64,000 nt of DNA from an uncultured Actinomycetes bacterium (GCA_963814365.1 CAWFCL010000005.1:68219-132218); one strand, 5' to 3'. Positions 1 to 8,812 are shown, numbered from the stretch's first letter. The notes: a model not told the origin generated them from the letters alone. Numbers and translations: made by a program.

Positions 1-291
1 CGTGACACCTTCCGGCAAGCGCACATACAGCGCAGAGACGCCCTTACAGCTGTCTTGGAGCAGCACCGCGATGAGATCAATCACCCCGATCCAGATATGG
101 CCATCCACCACGCCTACCATCTGTACCTGGCCACCATTCACGGTAGGCTCGCCTTCATGCGACCCGGCGCAGGCCCAATATTCGGCGTCAGCAATGACAT
201 CTTCTTCGATCAGCTGAGACGGTCCATCCGAAACTTCCTCCTTGGAAACGACGGCAGCGGCCTTGCGCGGGCAGAGCCACGTCGGGCGTGA
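1..291 (+). CDS. 3' end of an unidentified CDS entering from upstream (partial)
   Basis: Frame 1 is open from nt 1 to the TGA at 289-291 and has G/C-rich third positions. The antisense frame (333 down to 1) is also open, so the strand is tentative. No family recognised. Confidence 0.3.
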   Translation, partial: RDTFRQAHIQRRDALTAVLEQHRDEINHPDPDMAIHHAYHLYLATIHGRLAFMRPGAGPIFGVSNDIFFDQLRRSIRNFLLGNDGSGLARAEPRRA

Positions 292-353
292 CCTCAACTC
301 CGATGAATACGCGGCCGAACGAGGGTGGTTCATTCGATGGCAGGAGGTATGAC

Positions 354-983
354 ATGACCCACAAATGGCGACTCAAAGGCACTTTCTACGAATCCTGCAG
401 ACAATCGGGCCACTGCGCACTGTGGTTCGGTAGAGACCTCACTGAAGGTCCGTGCACATCATTCGCCACCTTCCAGATCAGAGAAGGGCACATCGATGAT
501 GTGCCGATGAGCGGAATCACCGTAATCAACTGTGGTGACGGCATCGGTCCCACGCAGAAGGACCTCGACAAGTCGCTAGGTGGGGGGATAGAAGAAGGCA
601 CGGTCTACATGAGTGACAACGCGAGTGAAGAGCAGAGATCGATTCTGAAGGATTTCGTGCAGAACCATCTCGGTACCGAACTCTGGAAGAAGGTGCTCGA
701 CACCAAATTCTGCAATATCAACATCGAATATGACCCCGAGCAGGGGCACTGCCACATCGTCTACCCGTACGGTGAGACCACAATCGACTACGCGAGGGGA
801 ATCGGGGGCAAACCCGTCATGCTTGAGAACTGCGATGCCTACAATCAGTCCGTACCCATATTGGACTATCACGTCTGCAACAGTTGGCACTGGTGGTACA
901 GGGATGACGACGTGGGCAAAGACTACGAGTTCAAGCACACTAGTGGCACGATTGGCGACTTCGACGTCGTCGGTCACGAATAG
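354..983 (+). CDS. DUF1326-like protein
   Basis: ATG at 354 is preceded by AGGAGG. The N-terminus reads WRLKGTFYESC...C, and an internal DNASEEQRSILKDFV..G segment resembles the DUF1326 layout. The ORF track starts earlier, at 288. Confidence 0.55.
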   Translation: MTHKWRLKGTFYESCRQSGHCALWFGRDLTEGPCTSFATFQIREGHIDDVPMSGITVINCGDGIGPTQKDLDKSLGGGIEEGTVYMSDNASEEQRSILKDFVQNHLGTELWKKVLDTKFCNINIEYDPEQGHCHIVYPYGETTIDYARGIGGKPVMLENCDAYNQSVPILDYHVCNSWHWWYRDDDVGKDYEFKHTSGTIGDFDVVGHE

Positions 984-1023
984 GCAAACATCAGAATCCT
1001 GTTCGTCGCCCAAGAGGAGAGCC

Positions 1024-2031
1024 ATGAAGAAGCTGATCAATGACCCGATGGCAGTCGTGGACGATACGCTGGCTGGCATCCTCAAGGCCTATCCGTTCCA
1101 CCTGCGTATGACGCGAGACAGCCGCCGCGCCCTGGTCCGAGCCGATGCTCCCGTCAAGGGCAAGGTCGGTGTATGCACCGGTGGAGGCTCAGGCCATATG
1201 CCGGTCTTTTTGGGCTATGTAGGCCCAGGCTTGTTAGATGGCGTCAGCGTAGGCAACGTTTTCTCCTCACCCAGCGCAGAGGACATGTTGGCGGCCACCA
1301 AGGAAGTCGACGGTGGCGCCGGAGTCCTCTATCTCTATGGCAACTACCAGGGCGACATCATGAACTTCGACATGGCAGCCGAGATGGCAGAGCTCGAAGC
1401 CGTCACCGTGAAGACCTGTATCGCCAGAGACGACGTCGCCTCGGCACCCCGCGCGGACGCACAGCACAGGCGCGGGGTCGCCGGTATCTTCTTCGCCTAC
1501 AAGGTAGCCGGCGCGAAGGCAGACACCGGCGCCAGCCTCGGTGTGGTCAAGGCCGTGACCGACCGAGCGATCGAGAACACCTGCACCATGGGATTCTCGC
1601 TGACTCCTTGCATCATCCCGGCCGTGGGCAAACCCACTTTCACCATCGCCGAGGATGAGATGGAACTGGGCATGGGCATCCACGGGGAGCCGGGAGTCGA
1701 GCGCACCAAGATAAAGACCGCCGATGAGGTGGCCACCATAGTCACCGAGAAGATCATCAGTGACCTGCCCTTCAATTCGGGCGATCGAGTCGCCGTTCTG
1801 ATCAACGGCCTGGGTGCCACCCCGCCCGAGGAATTGTTCATCATCAATAACAAGGTCAATGACATCCTCACGGAACATAGTCTCAGCGTCCATCGGACGT
1901 ATGTTGGGGAATACGCCACGTCCATGGAGATGGCAGGAGCCTCGGTGTCTCTGTGCCGGCTGGATGACGAATTGGCCGCGCTGCTTGATGCCCCCGCGTA
2001 TTCACCCTTCTTGCTTCAATGGCCCAAGTGA
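1024..2031 (+). CDS. dhaK: Dihydroxyacetone kinase, DhaK (substrate-binding) subunit
   Basis: MKKLINDP...GVCTGGGSGHMPVFLGYVG...LYLYGNYQGDIMNFDMA is typical DhaK. A GAGGAG RBS precedes ATG 1024. Confidence 0.9.
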   Translation: MKKLINDPMAVVDDTLAGILKAYPFHLRMTRDSRRALVRADAPVKGKVGVCTGGGSGHMPVFLGYVGPGLLDGVSVGNVFSSPSAEDMLAATKEVDGGAGVLYLYGNYQGDIMNFDMAAEMAELEAVTVKTCIARDDVASAPRADAQHRRGVAGIFFAYKVAGAKADTGASLGVVKAVTDRAIENTCTMGFSLTPCIIPAVGKPTFTIAEDEMELGMGIHGEPGVERTKIKTADEVATIVTEKIISDLPFNSGDRVAVLINGLGATPPEELFIINNKVNDILTEHSLSVHRTYVGEYATSMEMAGASVSLCRLDDELAALLDAPAYSPFLLQWPK

Positions 2032-2681
2032 CCAGCGCTGGCCTCGTTCTCGATAGCGGCACCCTCTCCGAGATCCTCCGCCGCATGGCGGCAGCTTTGC
2101 GGCAGAACAGCGAAGAGATACGCCTGCTCGACGCTGCCATAGGCGATGGTGATCTGGGCGTGACCGTGGAGTTGATGGCCGAAGCCATGCGCCAGTTTGC
2201 CGACTCCACCGAAGAGACTGACATAGGCAAGTTGCTCGCCCAGTGCGGCATCGCCATCAACCGAGCTAACCCATCCACTTTCGGCACTCTCATGGCGGCC
2301 GGCTTCATGGGAGCCGGAAAGACCGTGACGGGCAAGACCACCATAGACCTTGCCGACCTTGTGACCATGGGCAGGGCATCGATCGAAAGCATCATGGCCA
2401 GAGGCAAGGCCTCCGTGGGCTACAAGACCATGCTTGACGCGCTGGTCCCTGCCGTGGACGCACTGGCAGAAGGCCAAACCAAGGACGAACCCCTGCCCGT
2501 GGCAGTGCGGGCTGCGGCCCTCGCTTGCGAGCGGGGCATGAAGGCCACCGCAGAAATGGTAGCCATGTGCGGCAAGGCCAGGGTCTTTCGGGAGAAGAGC
2601 ATCGGCGTACAGGATGGCGGTGCGACGGTTGTCCACCACATGATCGACGCGTCTGCTGAGTACATAGATGGACTGGGCTGA
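2019..2681 (+). CDS. dhaL: Dihydroxyacetone kinase, DhaL (nucleotide-binding) subunit
   Basis: LDAAIGDGDLGVT motif in an all-helical protein of about 220 aa. The start overlaps the dhaK stop; an alternative GTG lies at 2028. Confidence 0.85.
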   Translation: MAQVTSAGLVLDSGTLSEILRRMAAALRQNSEEIRLLDAAIGDGDLGVTVELMAEAMRQFADSTEETDIGKLLAQCGIAINRANPSTFGTLMAAGFMGAGKTVTGKTTIDLADLVTMGRASIESIMARGKASVGYKTMLDALVPAVDALAEGQTKDEPLPVAVRAAALACERGMKATAEMVAMCGKARVFREKSIGVQDGGATVVHHMIDASAEYIDGLG

Positions 2682-2716
2682 CCGCGGGAGGCAGGGGAGA
2701 CACCGCCAAGAGGTGT

Positions 2717-4384
2717 CTACGGCAGCGGCAACCAGCCTGGCGGCTGCATTACTGTGACCCCGGACGGGGAGAACCCATACAGAGTCGAGTTGTAGTAGAG
2801 CGTCCCAGCACCATACTTGCCCGTCACTAGGTACCTGGGGGATGCTGTGGAGGAGTCGAGGGCTATGGCCCTGTCGGGCTCTTCGGGCTGGACGTCAGCC
2901 GGCTCAAAGGGCTTGTTGAGCTCAAGCTTGCCGCGCCGCATCTCGGATTCGCGAGTCTGGCTCAGCAGCCACTCGTAGGCAGCAAGAAGGCCGTGGCTGT
3001 AGATCCAGGTGGCGCCGTGGTTGCCGCCTTCAAACGCCGCCCAGTAGATACCCAGTCCGTTGGGCCGTTCGAACAGTGCTCTTAGTGCGGCATTCTGATC
3101 CGCCCTGGAAGTCGTCAGTGGATCAAAGGACGCATAGGGGATCTCTGCGCCGGCAAGATCTTTGTAGAGATACTTGAGCTCCTTCCACACGTTGGTGGAA
3201 AAGCCGTCGCCTTCGCAGTTGCTGATGAGGATGTTGTCGTCACAGACCAGGTAGTACCAGTTCCTGTAGTCGACTGGGTTGCCATCCGCGTCATGGGTCC
3301 AGATGACGTCGCCATCCGCCGGGGCCTGATAGTACGGCCTTCCATTGTATGTGGGGTCGTCCAGGTTGAAGTTGCTACCCCACTGGCAGCCGTTTGCCCA
3401 CCAGGCTGCGAAGTAGTTGTCCCGCTGGGCGGCCATGGCCGCGATCTGCATGCCGCCCATGGACTGGCCTTCACCATAGATACGGTTCACATCGATGGTG
3501 TACGTCTCTGTTAGATAGTCCATCAGTTGCCAGGTGGCAGGCACCGCGGCACTCAGTGAATAGTCATCGCGTGTGGAACGCAGCGCATCCTCGATCTGCG
3601 GGCAGACGACGATCGCACCTCCAAGCCCCTGATCCTTTGCCACCCGCTGGACCTCGTCAGAGGCGAAGTTGACCGGACCTTGGCTCTCGGTGAGGGCGAT
3701 CATCGGGTCGTCACCCATGAAGCCCGCATCGTGGATATGCAGCACCAAAGCGTACTTCAGTCGTGGGTCGTAGTCCTCCGGGACGTAGAGGGCGTACGGC
3801 AGATCGACGTCCACTCGTTGTCCCGTAGCCTCTTCCCAGCAGTCGGTGGCACGGAAGGCTGTCCCGGCCTCTTTGGTGAAGAGCTCGAATGCTTCTGTGC
3901 CTGCGATGGTGTATTTGCCTTCAATCGCATAGTTGCGGTGCTGAGTGGTACCGTCGCGGCCGGGCACCGCGACCGCTTCGTAGTTCTTAGCTTCTGCCGC
4001 GCCTGGAGTGATGATGTTGGTGCGGGTGCTGATGGTGCCCGTTTGCGTGACGCCCGCCATCATGGCCCACCTGTAGGACTCTGCAACGGCGCCCAATCGA
4101 TAGTCCGTATTGACTTCGATGATGACGTGCGTCCTATGCTCCACGTATGCCTTGGTGGCAACACCAGGATCCGAACCGATTTCGCACATGGGCGAGGTGC
4201 TGATCGCATAGTCATTGATTGTGTACTTGTCCAGACTGACATCGGAACCATCCAATTCGACACTGTACTCGATGTCAATAGCCGAAAGCTTGGCCCCATC
4301 GGAAGCGACGAATCCGATCGCGCGGACAGAGACGATAGCATTATCCGCCGAGATCTCCGGCTTGGCGGTCGAGGCGATCGCCAT
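2717..4384 (-). CDS. Alpha/beta-hydrolase (COG4099-like esterase/peptidase); the lipoprotein signal is cut off by an in-frame TGA
   Basis: YALYVPEDYDPRLKYALVLHIHDAG and a GEGQSMGG nucleophile elbow (GxSxG). The same frame upstream (4391-4450) encodes MEERLVPPFVLVTLLAILAA and then TGA at 4388-4390. Confidence 0.8.
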   Translation of the reverse strand: MAIASTAKPEISADNAIVSVRAIGFVASDGAKLSAIDIEYSVELDGSDVSLDKYTINDYAISTSPMCEIGSDPGVATKAYVEHRTHVIIEVNTDYRLGAVAESYRWAMMAGVTQTGTISTRTNIITPGAAEAKNYEAVAVPGRDGTTQHRNYAIEGKYTIAGTEAFELFTKEAGTAFRATDCWEEATGQRVDVDLPYALYVPEDYDPRLKYALVLHIHDAGFMGDDPMIALTESQGPVNFASDEVQRVAKDQGLGGAIVVCPQIEDALRSTRDDYSLSAAVPATWQLMDYLTETYTIDVNRIYGEGQSMGGMQIAAMAAQRDNYFAAWWANGCQWGSNFNLDDPTYNGRPYYQAPADGDVIWTHDADGNPVDYRNWYYLVCDDNILISNCEGDGFSTNVWKELKYLYKDLAGAEIPYASFDPLTTSRADQNAALRALFERPNGLGIYWAAFEGGNHGATWIYSHGLLAAYEWLLSQTRESEMRRGKLELNKPFEPADVQPEEPDRAIALDSSTASPRYLVTGKYGAGTLYYNSTLYGFSPSGVTVMQPPGWLPLP

Positions 4385-4390
4385 AGTTCA

Positions 4391-4450
4391 GGCAGCCAAG
4401 ATGGCGAGGAGTGTGACAAGTACAAAGGGCGGCACCAAACGTTCCTCCAT
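4391..4450 (-). other. Detached signal-peptide segment of the esterase (lipobox L-A-A followed by TGA)
   Basis: An in-frame 20-codon hydrophobic leader ends ILAA, then TGA sits exactly where a lipobox Cys (TGC/TGT) is expected. Confidence 0.6.
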
Positions 4451-4698
4451 GCTCCATTGATCCCGGTGATACGCCGATGGCTTTGCGTCCCAACCTCGCG
4501 GCCTTTTGGAACGCACTTTCCGAATCTAGACCATCGCGCTACCTTCTGTCAAGAACTTCGGAACGTGCGTTCCGCATGTGGAGCGGGAAGACGACTTCAC
4601 GCATGCCTATCGTCTAGTCTCACCCGCCAGCTGTCTTTTGAGGAATACTCCGAGAGCCGTTGCTTGTAAACCACCCAGGCCTGGACTAGGATACCTAC

Positions 4699-4724
4699 GA
4701 TATTGCTGGGCAATATCGCGATAT
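4699..4724. promoter_or_regulatory. Overlapping dyad-symmetry elements, a candidate operator upstream of the hydrogenase operon
   Basis: cgatattgc-tgg-gcaatatcg (a perfect 9-3-9 inverted repeat, 4699-4719) overlaps the 12-nt palindrome atatcgcgatat (4713-4724). The site lies about 90 nt upstream of the receiver gene. Confidence 0.35.
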
Positions 4725-4810
4725 CGCAAATGCCTATCAAGACTGGTCCATTTCGACGGTTTCCGTGCTCTGCAAGCTGGTTTTCGCGCCTACAGTAAGG
4801 GAGTGATGGA

Positions 4811-5197
4811 GTGGCAAAGATCCTTATCGTTGATGACGACCCCGACATGGTCGAAGCCAGCAGGATAGTACTCGAACGAGACGGTCATTCGGTGGAGAGC
4901 GCCTCAGGAGTAGACGAGGGTCTGCAAAAGATGGAGACGGTCGCGCCCGACCTGCTGATATTGGACGTGATGATGCAGGAGCAAGACGATGGCCTCAGGT
5001 TTGCCCGTCAGGTGCGCCGCGACGGCAACACGCTCCCCATCCTGATGCTCACCAGCGTCAATCGCGCGCTGGGCATCCAGATCGGCAAGGACAAAGAGAT
5101 GGTGCCGGTCGACGAGTTCGTGGAGAAGCCACTCGACCCGGCAGTCCTCTCGAGCAAGGTCAAAGAGCTGCTCGCCGCGAGAGGAGCCGCCTCATGA
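4811..5197 (+). CDS. Stand-alone response-regulator receiver (CheY-like) protein
   Basis: ILIVDDD, LLILDVMM (phospho-acceptor Asp), LMLTS and EKP motifs, with no output domain. GTG start after AAGGGAG. Its stop overlaps the next start (ATGA at 5194-5197). Confidence 0.9.
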   Translation: MAKILIVDDDPDMVEASRIVLERDGHSVESASGVDEGLQKMETVAPDLLILDVMMQEQDDGLRFARQVRRDGNTLPILMLTSVNRALGIQIGKDKEMVPVDEFVEKPLDPAVLSSKVKELLAARGAAS

Positions 5198-6894
5198 CCA
5201 CCGCCGAGCAGCAGTCGCTCCGCGACGAGATCGTCGGTATCGCAGAGCACACCAACTTCAGCCGCGCCTCCCTAGTACCTATCCTGCGCTTCATCAAAGA
5301 GAAGTATCGGGGTATAGATGGCGAAGCCATGCAGATAACGGCCGACGTGCTTAGCATCCATCCGGTCGAAGTGGATGCGGTGTCCACTTTCTACTCTTTC
5401 TTGAACCCCGAGAAACAGGGACAGTTCGTCTTCCGCCTCTGCCAGACTTACTCCTGCGAGTTGGCAGGCAAACAGGAGATCGTGTCGCAATTGGAGCGCG
5501 ATCTGGGCATCAAGTTCGGTGAAACCTCCACCGACGGAGCCTTCACCCTAGAATTCGCCAACTGCATGGGCATGTGCGACCAAGGCCCGGCCATGCTGGT
5601 GAACGAGAACATCTACACCAGGCTGACACCCAACAAGGTGCACGAGATCGTCCAGGACTATCGCAAGCGTGTAGCCGACGGTGGCAGTTCCGAGCCCATC
5701 ACGAGCGAGGCGGTCGCTTCGCTGTCCCAGGCGGCCAACGAGATGTGTTTCACTTACGCAGACTTGGGTGACGGTCTGCGGAAGGCCTTGGCCATGTCAC
5801 GCGGCGACCTAGTGGATCTCGTTCGCGACTCGAAGCTCAAGGGCCGTGGCGGCGCCGGCTTTCCCACCGGAGTCAAGTGGGACTTGGCGGCGGCGGAGAT
5901 GCGGGGCCCCAAGTACATAATGTGTAACGCCGACGAGGGCGAGCCGGGCACCTTCAAGGACCGTCTGATACTCAGCCAGTTTCCCGACTTGGTTATGGAG
6001 GGCATGACCATAGGCGCGCGGGCGATCGGCGCGCCACTCGGCCTCATATACCTTCGGGCCGAATACGGCTACCTCAAACCGCTCCTGCTGGAAGTGATAG
6101 AGAGGCGCCGCAAGGAAGGCCTCCTGGGCCAGGATATCGGCGGTATCGAGGGTTTCAACTTCAATATCATGGTGGCCATGGGCGCCGGAGCATATGTCTG
6201 CGGCGAAGAGACAGCCCTCATCGAGTCGCTCGAGGGCTTCCGCGGTGAGCCCCGCAATCGGCCACCCTTCCCTGTGGTCTCCGGTTTCCTCAACCGCCCC
6301 TCTGTGGTCAACAACGTCGAGACCCTGGCCTGGGTGCCCTGCATCCTCAGCAGAGGGATCGAGTGGTTCAAGAGCGCCGGCACCGAGACTTCCGCGGGCC
6401 ACAAGCTGTTCAGTGTGTCCGGCGACTGTGATCGCCCAGGCGTCTACCAGTTCCCGTTCGGCATCACCATCGCCGAGTTGCTCAAGGAGGTCGGCGGCGA
6501 GAACGCTAAGGCCGTACAGATCGGCGGCGCTTCCGGGCGTTGCGTGCCCCGCAAAGACTTCGAACGTCAGTTGGCCTTTGAAGACATCCCCACCGGCGGT
6601 TCAGTGATCGTGGTCGGGCCTGCCCGGGACATGCTGTCCCTGGCCCGGAATCTCATGGAGTTCTTCGTAGAAGAGTCGTGCGGACAATGTACCCCTTGCC
6701 GTCTGGGCAACAGTAAGTTGCTGGAAGGCGTAGAGATGCTCCAGGCCGGCACCTGCTCAGACGAGTACCTGGTGGAACTGAAGGCACTCGCCAACACCAT
6801 GCAGGTGGCCTCCAAGTGCGGCTTGGGGCAGGCCAGTTCGGTGGCGCTACTTTCTATACTTGAGCACTTTGGAGATGAGATCCATGCCCGATAA
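5194..6894 (+). CDS. Fused NuoE-like [2Fe-2S] + NuoF-like (FMN/NADH, [4Fe-4S]) diaphorase subunit of a multimeric [FeFe]-hydrogenase (HydC-HydB fusion)
   Basis: N-terminal half: C..YSC...CMGMCDQGPA (NuoE/HydC). C-terminal half: GRGGAGFPTG.KW, NADEGEPGTFKDR, ESCGQCTPCR and KCGLG (NuoF/HydB). Confidence 0.9.
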   Translation: MTTAEQQSLRDEIVGIAEHTNFSRASLVPILRFIKEKYRGIDGEAMQITADVLSIHPVEVDAVSTFYSFLNPEKQGQFVFRLCQTYSCELAGKQEIVSQLERDLGIKFGETSTDGAFTLEFANCMGMCDQGPAMLVNENIYTRLTPNKVHEIVQDYRKRVADGGSSEPITSEAVASLSQAANEMCFTYADLGDGLRKALAMSRGDLVDLVRDSKLKGRGGAGFPTGVKWDLAAAEMRGPKYIMCNADEGEPGTFKDRLILSQFPDLVMEGMTIGARAIGAPLGLIYLRAEYGYLKPLLLEVIERRRKEGLLGQDIGGIEGFNFNIMVAMGAGAYVCGEETALIESLEGFRGEPRNRPPFPVVSGFLNRPSVVNNVETLAWVPCILSRGIEWFKSAGTETSAGHKLFSVSGDCDRPGVYQFPFGITIAELLKEVGGENAKAVQIGGASGRCVPRKDFERQLAFEDIPTGGSVIVVGPARDMLSLARNLMEFFVEESCGQCTPCRLGNSKLLEGVEMLQAGTCSDEYLVELKALANTMQVASKCGLGQASSVALLSILEHFGDEIHAR

Positions 6895-8812
6895 GTCCAC
6901 TCTCCCAACCAGGCGCGCTCCGCTCAGCCAACTCTTCCAGCCGGATCTTGAGCCGGAAGCTCCGGCCGCGGGCGCTATCGGCGCAAACATAGCGGTGACT
7001 ATCGATGGCATCGAGGCTAAGGTGCCCATGGGGACCACCATCCTGGAAGCTGCGAAGAATCTGGGCATACGCATCCCCACCCTCTGCTACCACCCAGACC
7101 TCGAGGTAGCCGGTATCTGCCGCATCTGCGTGGTGGAGGTCGAAGGACAGCGCAACCTGCAGGCGGCCTGCGCCTACCCCATCACCGCCCCCTTGAGCGT
7201 GAAGACCTACTCCAAAGCGGTGCGCATCGCCCGCCGACACATCCTGGAACTCCTGCTGTCCGAGCATTGCGGCGAGTGTTACTCGTGCATCCGCAACGGC
7301 CATTGCGAACTCCAGGCTCTGGCCGAGGAGTACGGCATCGTAGAACTCACGTACGGCCGGTGCGACACCCCCGTACCTGTGGACGATTCCAGTTACTCGG
7401 TCGTCCGCGACATGAACAAGTGCATCCGCTGCCGGCGCTGCGTGCGCACCTGCATCGACATGCAAGAGGTCGGCGTGCTAGAGGCCACCGGACGCTCCAA
7501 CAAAGTGGACGTCTCGACCTTCAACCACATGCCGCTGGCTGAGGTCGTGTGCATCAACTGCGGCCAGTGCATCAACCGTTGTCCAACCGCCGCGTTGTAC
7601 GCACACCCTGCCCTCGCTCCCGTGTGGCAGGCTATCGACGACCCCACCAAGCACGTGGTGGTCCAGACCGCACCCTCACCACGCGCCGCCATGGGCGAGA
7701 TGTTCGGTCTAGAGCCGGGCACAACGGTCACCTATCAGATGAACACCGCGCTCCGGCGCATGGGCTTCGACCACGTCTTTGACACCAACTTCACCGCCGA
7801 CCTCACCATCATCGAGGAAGGCACGGAGTTGATCCTGCGCCTCTACAAGGCCTTGGTCGAAGGCGACAAGTCGATCGCACTGCCGCAGTTCACCAGCTGC
7901 TCGCCGGGATGGGTCAAGTACTGCGAGCACTTCTACCCCGAGTACATCCCCAATCTCTCTTCGGCCAAGTCGCCGCAGCAGATGTTCGGGGCGCTGATCA
8001 AGACCTTCTACGCTGACAAGATGGGTGTCGATCCCAAAGACATCGTCAGCGTGGCCATCATGCCCTGCTCGGCCAAGAAGTTCGAGTGCAACCGTCCCGA
8101 GATGAACGACAGCGGGTATCAGGATGTCGACTTCGGTCTCACCACCCGCGAGCTGGGCGCCATGTTCCATCAGGCGGGTCTTCACCTGCCCACCCTGCCC
8201 AAGTCCGATTTCGACGATCCGTTCGGCGGCGCGACGGGCTCCGGCCTGATCTTCGGCGCTACCGGTGGTGTCATGGAGTCGGCCCTGCGTACAGTCATCG
8301 AGCTGGTGACCGGCGAAAAGGTAGAGTCGATCTACGAGCACGGCGACATCACGCCTGTCCGTGGGTTCGAAGGCGTCCGCTACGCTGAGCTCAAGATAGA
8401 CAAGGTCGGCCCTGTACCTGCGCTGCTCGCGCACCTGGTGCCAAACTGGGATTGGCTAAAGGGTGCGACCCTAAAGGTGGCTATAGCCCACGGCACCGCC
8501 AACGCCCACAAGGTGATGGAAGACATCAAGGCCGGCGGCAAGTTCAGCGAGTGTCACTTCATCGAGTTCATGGCCTGCCCCGGCGGTTGCCTGGGTGGTG
8601 GCGGACAGCCCATGCCCACGAGCGCAGAGATCCGCGCCGCCCGCGCCAATGCCATCTACGGCGAGGACCGCAAGCTTACCGTGCGCAAGTCGTACGAAAA
8701 CCCGGCCGTGCTACGTGTGTACGAAGAGTTTCTTACCGACGGACCCTGCGGACACAAGAGCCACGAGCTGCTGCATACGCACTACGTAGAGCGCGGCAAG
8801 CATATCGGTTGA
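6884..8812 (+). CDS. hydA: [FeFe]-hydrogenase catalytic subunit, M3-type (2Fe-2S + His-ligated 4Fe-4S + 2x[4Fe-4S] + H-domain)
   Basis: H-cluster motifs are FTSCSPGW (L1 variant), MPCSAKKFE (L2) and EFMACPGGCLGGGGQP (L3). N-terminal CYHPDL..GICRIC and two CxxCxxCxxxCP motifs are present. ATG 6884 lies 9 nt after GGAG and overlaps the upstream stop. The ORF track begins at TTG 6860. Confidence 0.9.
   Translation: MPDKSTLPTRRAPLSQLFQPDLEPEAPAAGAIGANIAVTIDGIEAKVPMGTTILEAAKNLGIRIPTLCYHPDLEVAGICRICVVEVEGQRNLQAACAYPITAPLSVKTYSKAVRIARRHILELLLSEHCGECYSCIRNGHCELQALAEEYGIVELTYGRCDTPVPVDDSSYSVVRDMNKCIRCRRCVRTCIDMQEVGVLEATGRSNKVDVSTFNHMPLAEVVCINCGQCINRCPTAALYAHPALAPVWQAIDDPTKHVVVQTAPSPRAAMGEMFGLEPGTTVTYQMNTALRRMGFDHVFDTNFTADLTIIEEGTELILRLYKALVEGDKSIALPQFTSCSPGWVKYCEHFYPEYIPNLSSAKSPQQMFGALIKTFYADKMGVDPKDIVSVAIMPCSAKKFECNRPEMNDSGYQDVDFGLTTRELGAMFHQAGLHLPTLPKSDFDDPFGGATGSGLIFGATGGVMESALRTVIELVTGEKVESIYEHGDITPVRGFEGVRYAELKIDKVGPVPALLAHLVPNWDWLKGATLKVAIAHGTANAHKVMEDIKAGGKFSECHFIEFMACPGGCLGGGGQPMPTSAEIRAARANAIYGEDRKLTVRKSYENPAVLRVYEEFLTDGPCGHKSHELLHTHYVERGKHIG

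Noticed and set aside
4388-4390. Selenocysteine at the esterase TGA
   Set aside because: The position corresponds to the lipid-modified lipobox Cys, not a redox site. I see no convincing SECIS-type hairpin at the right spacing downstream, and no sel genes are in the window.
3680-4669. A 329-aa plus-strand ORF opposite the esterase gene and running into the intergenic region
   Set aside because: It is antisense to a gene with a GxSxG hydrolase core. No RBS or motifs.
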